Below are positions 6,742 through 6,898 of a stretch of 6,898 bases of DNA, piece after piece (the first letter of the stretch is position 1; every line of letters begins with the position of its first letter). This DNA is from an uncultured archaeon (GTDB taxonomy: Archaea; Asgardarchaeota; Lokiarchaeia; Sigyniarchaeales; Promethearchaeaceae). The notes below the pieces were generated by a model. The model saw only the letters and a program-made list of their open reading frames with translations, was not told the origin of the DNA and did no database searches. Location of the stretch: positions 1 through 6,898 of the forward strand of contig CAYRPF010000114.1 in assembly GCA_964426185.1 (NCBI GenBank), read 5' to 3'. The position numbers and the translations under genes are program-made.

Positions 6742-6898
6742 TTGAATTGGAAAAATCTAGATAAGCAAACAGAGAACTATGATCCCAAGCAATTAGTTCA
6801 ATTTTATTTGAAAGGAAATTATAGAATTATCGGTCCATCTAAGCATTCTGCGATCAAGCCTTGTCACTGGCTAACTGAAAAATTATTGACTGGCAGAT
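6742..6898 (+). CDS. taw1: N-terminus of 4-demethylwyosine (imG-14) synthase Taw1/TYW1, radical SAM tRNA-modifying enzyme (3'-truncated; start codon uncertain)
   Basis: Frame +1 is open from after TAG 6730-6732 to the window end. From TTG 6742 it reads (M)NWKNLDKQTENYDPKQLVQFYLKGNYRIIGPSKHSAIKPCHWLTEKLLTGR. The segment YRIIG-x-x-x-HSAIKPCHW matches the Taw1/TYW1 N-terminal signature (Y-x-I-V-G-x-H-S-[AG]-V-K-x-C-x-W, recalled from family knowledge), whose Cys ligates the auxiliary Fe-S cluster. The following CYK and CxxxCxxC motifs would lie beyond the window. There is no in-frame ATG. Confidence 0.82.
   Translation, partial: MNWKNLDKQTENYDPKQLVQFYLKGNYRIIGPSKHSAIKPCHWLTEKLLTGR

Overview
Very AT-rich window (under ~30% GC by eye) with all credible genes on the + strand. 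In order: (1) the 3' end of a gene missed by the ORF track, ending in a CxxC-x30-CxxC zinc ribbon (3..200); (2) two large tandem paralogous MacB/FtsX-type (type VII ABC) permeases of 1126 aa and 1022 aa, each an internally duplicated protein with about 10 TM helices and two large extracytoplasmic domains; (3) a hairpin-less oligo-T tract resembling an archaeal terminator; (4) the 5' end of a second unlisted gene, recognisable as the tRNA wyosine radical-SAM enzyme Taw1/TYW1. Taw1, the U-tract terminator and GGTGAT-like ribosome-binding motifs point to an archaeon. An Asgard (Lokiarchaeia-like) origin is plausible but only inferred. No ABC ATPase motifs are visible in the window, so the zinc-ribbon gene upstream is the prime candidate for the missing ATPase or an accessory subunit. 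I saw no CRISPR array, RNA gene or mobile element.
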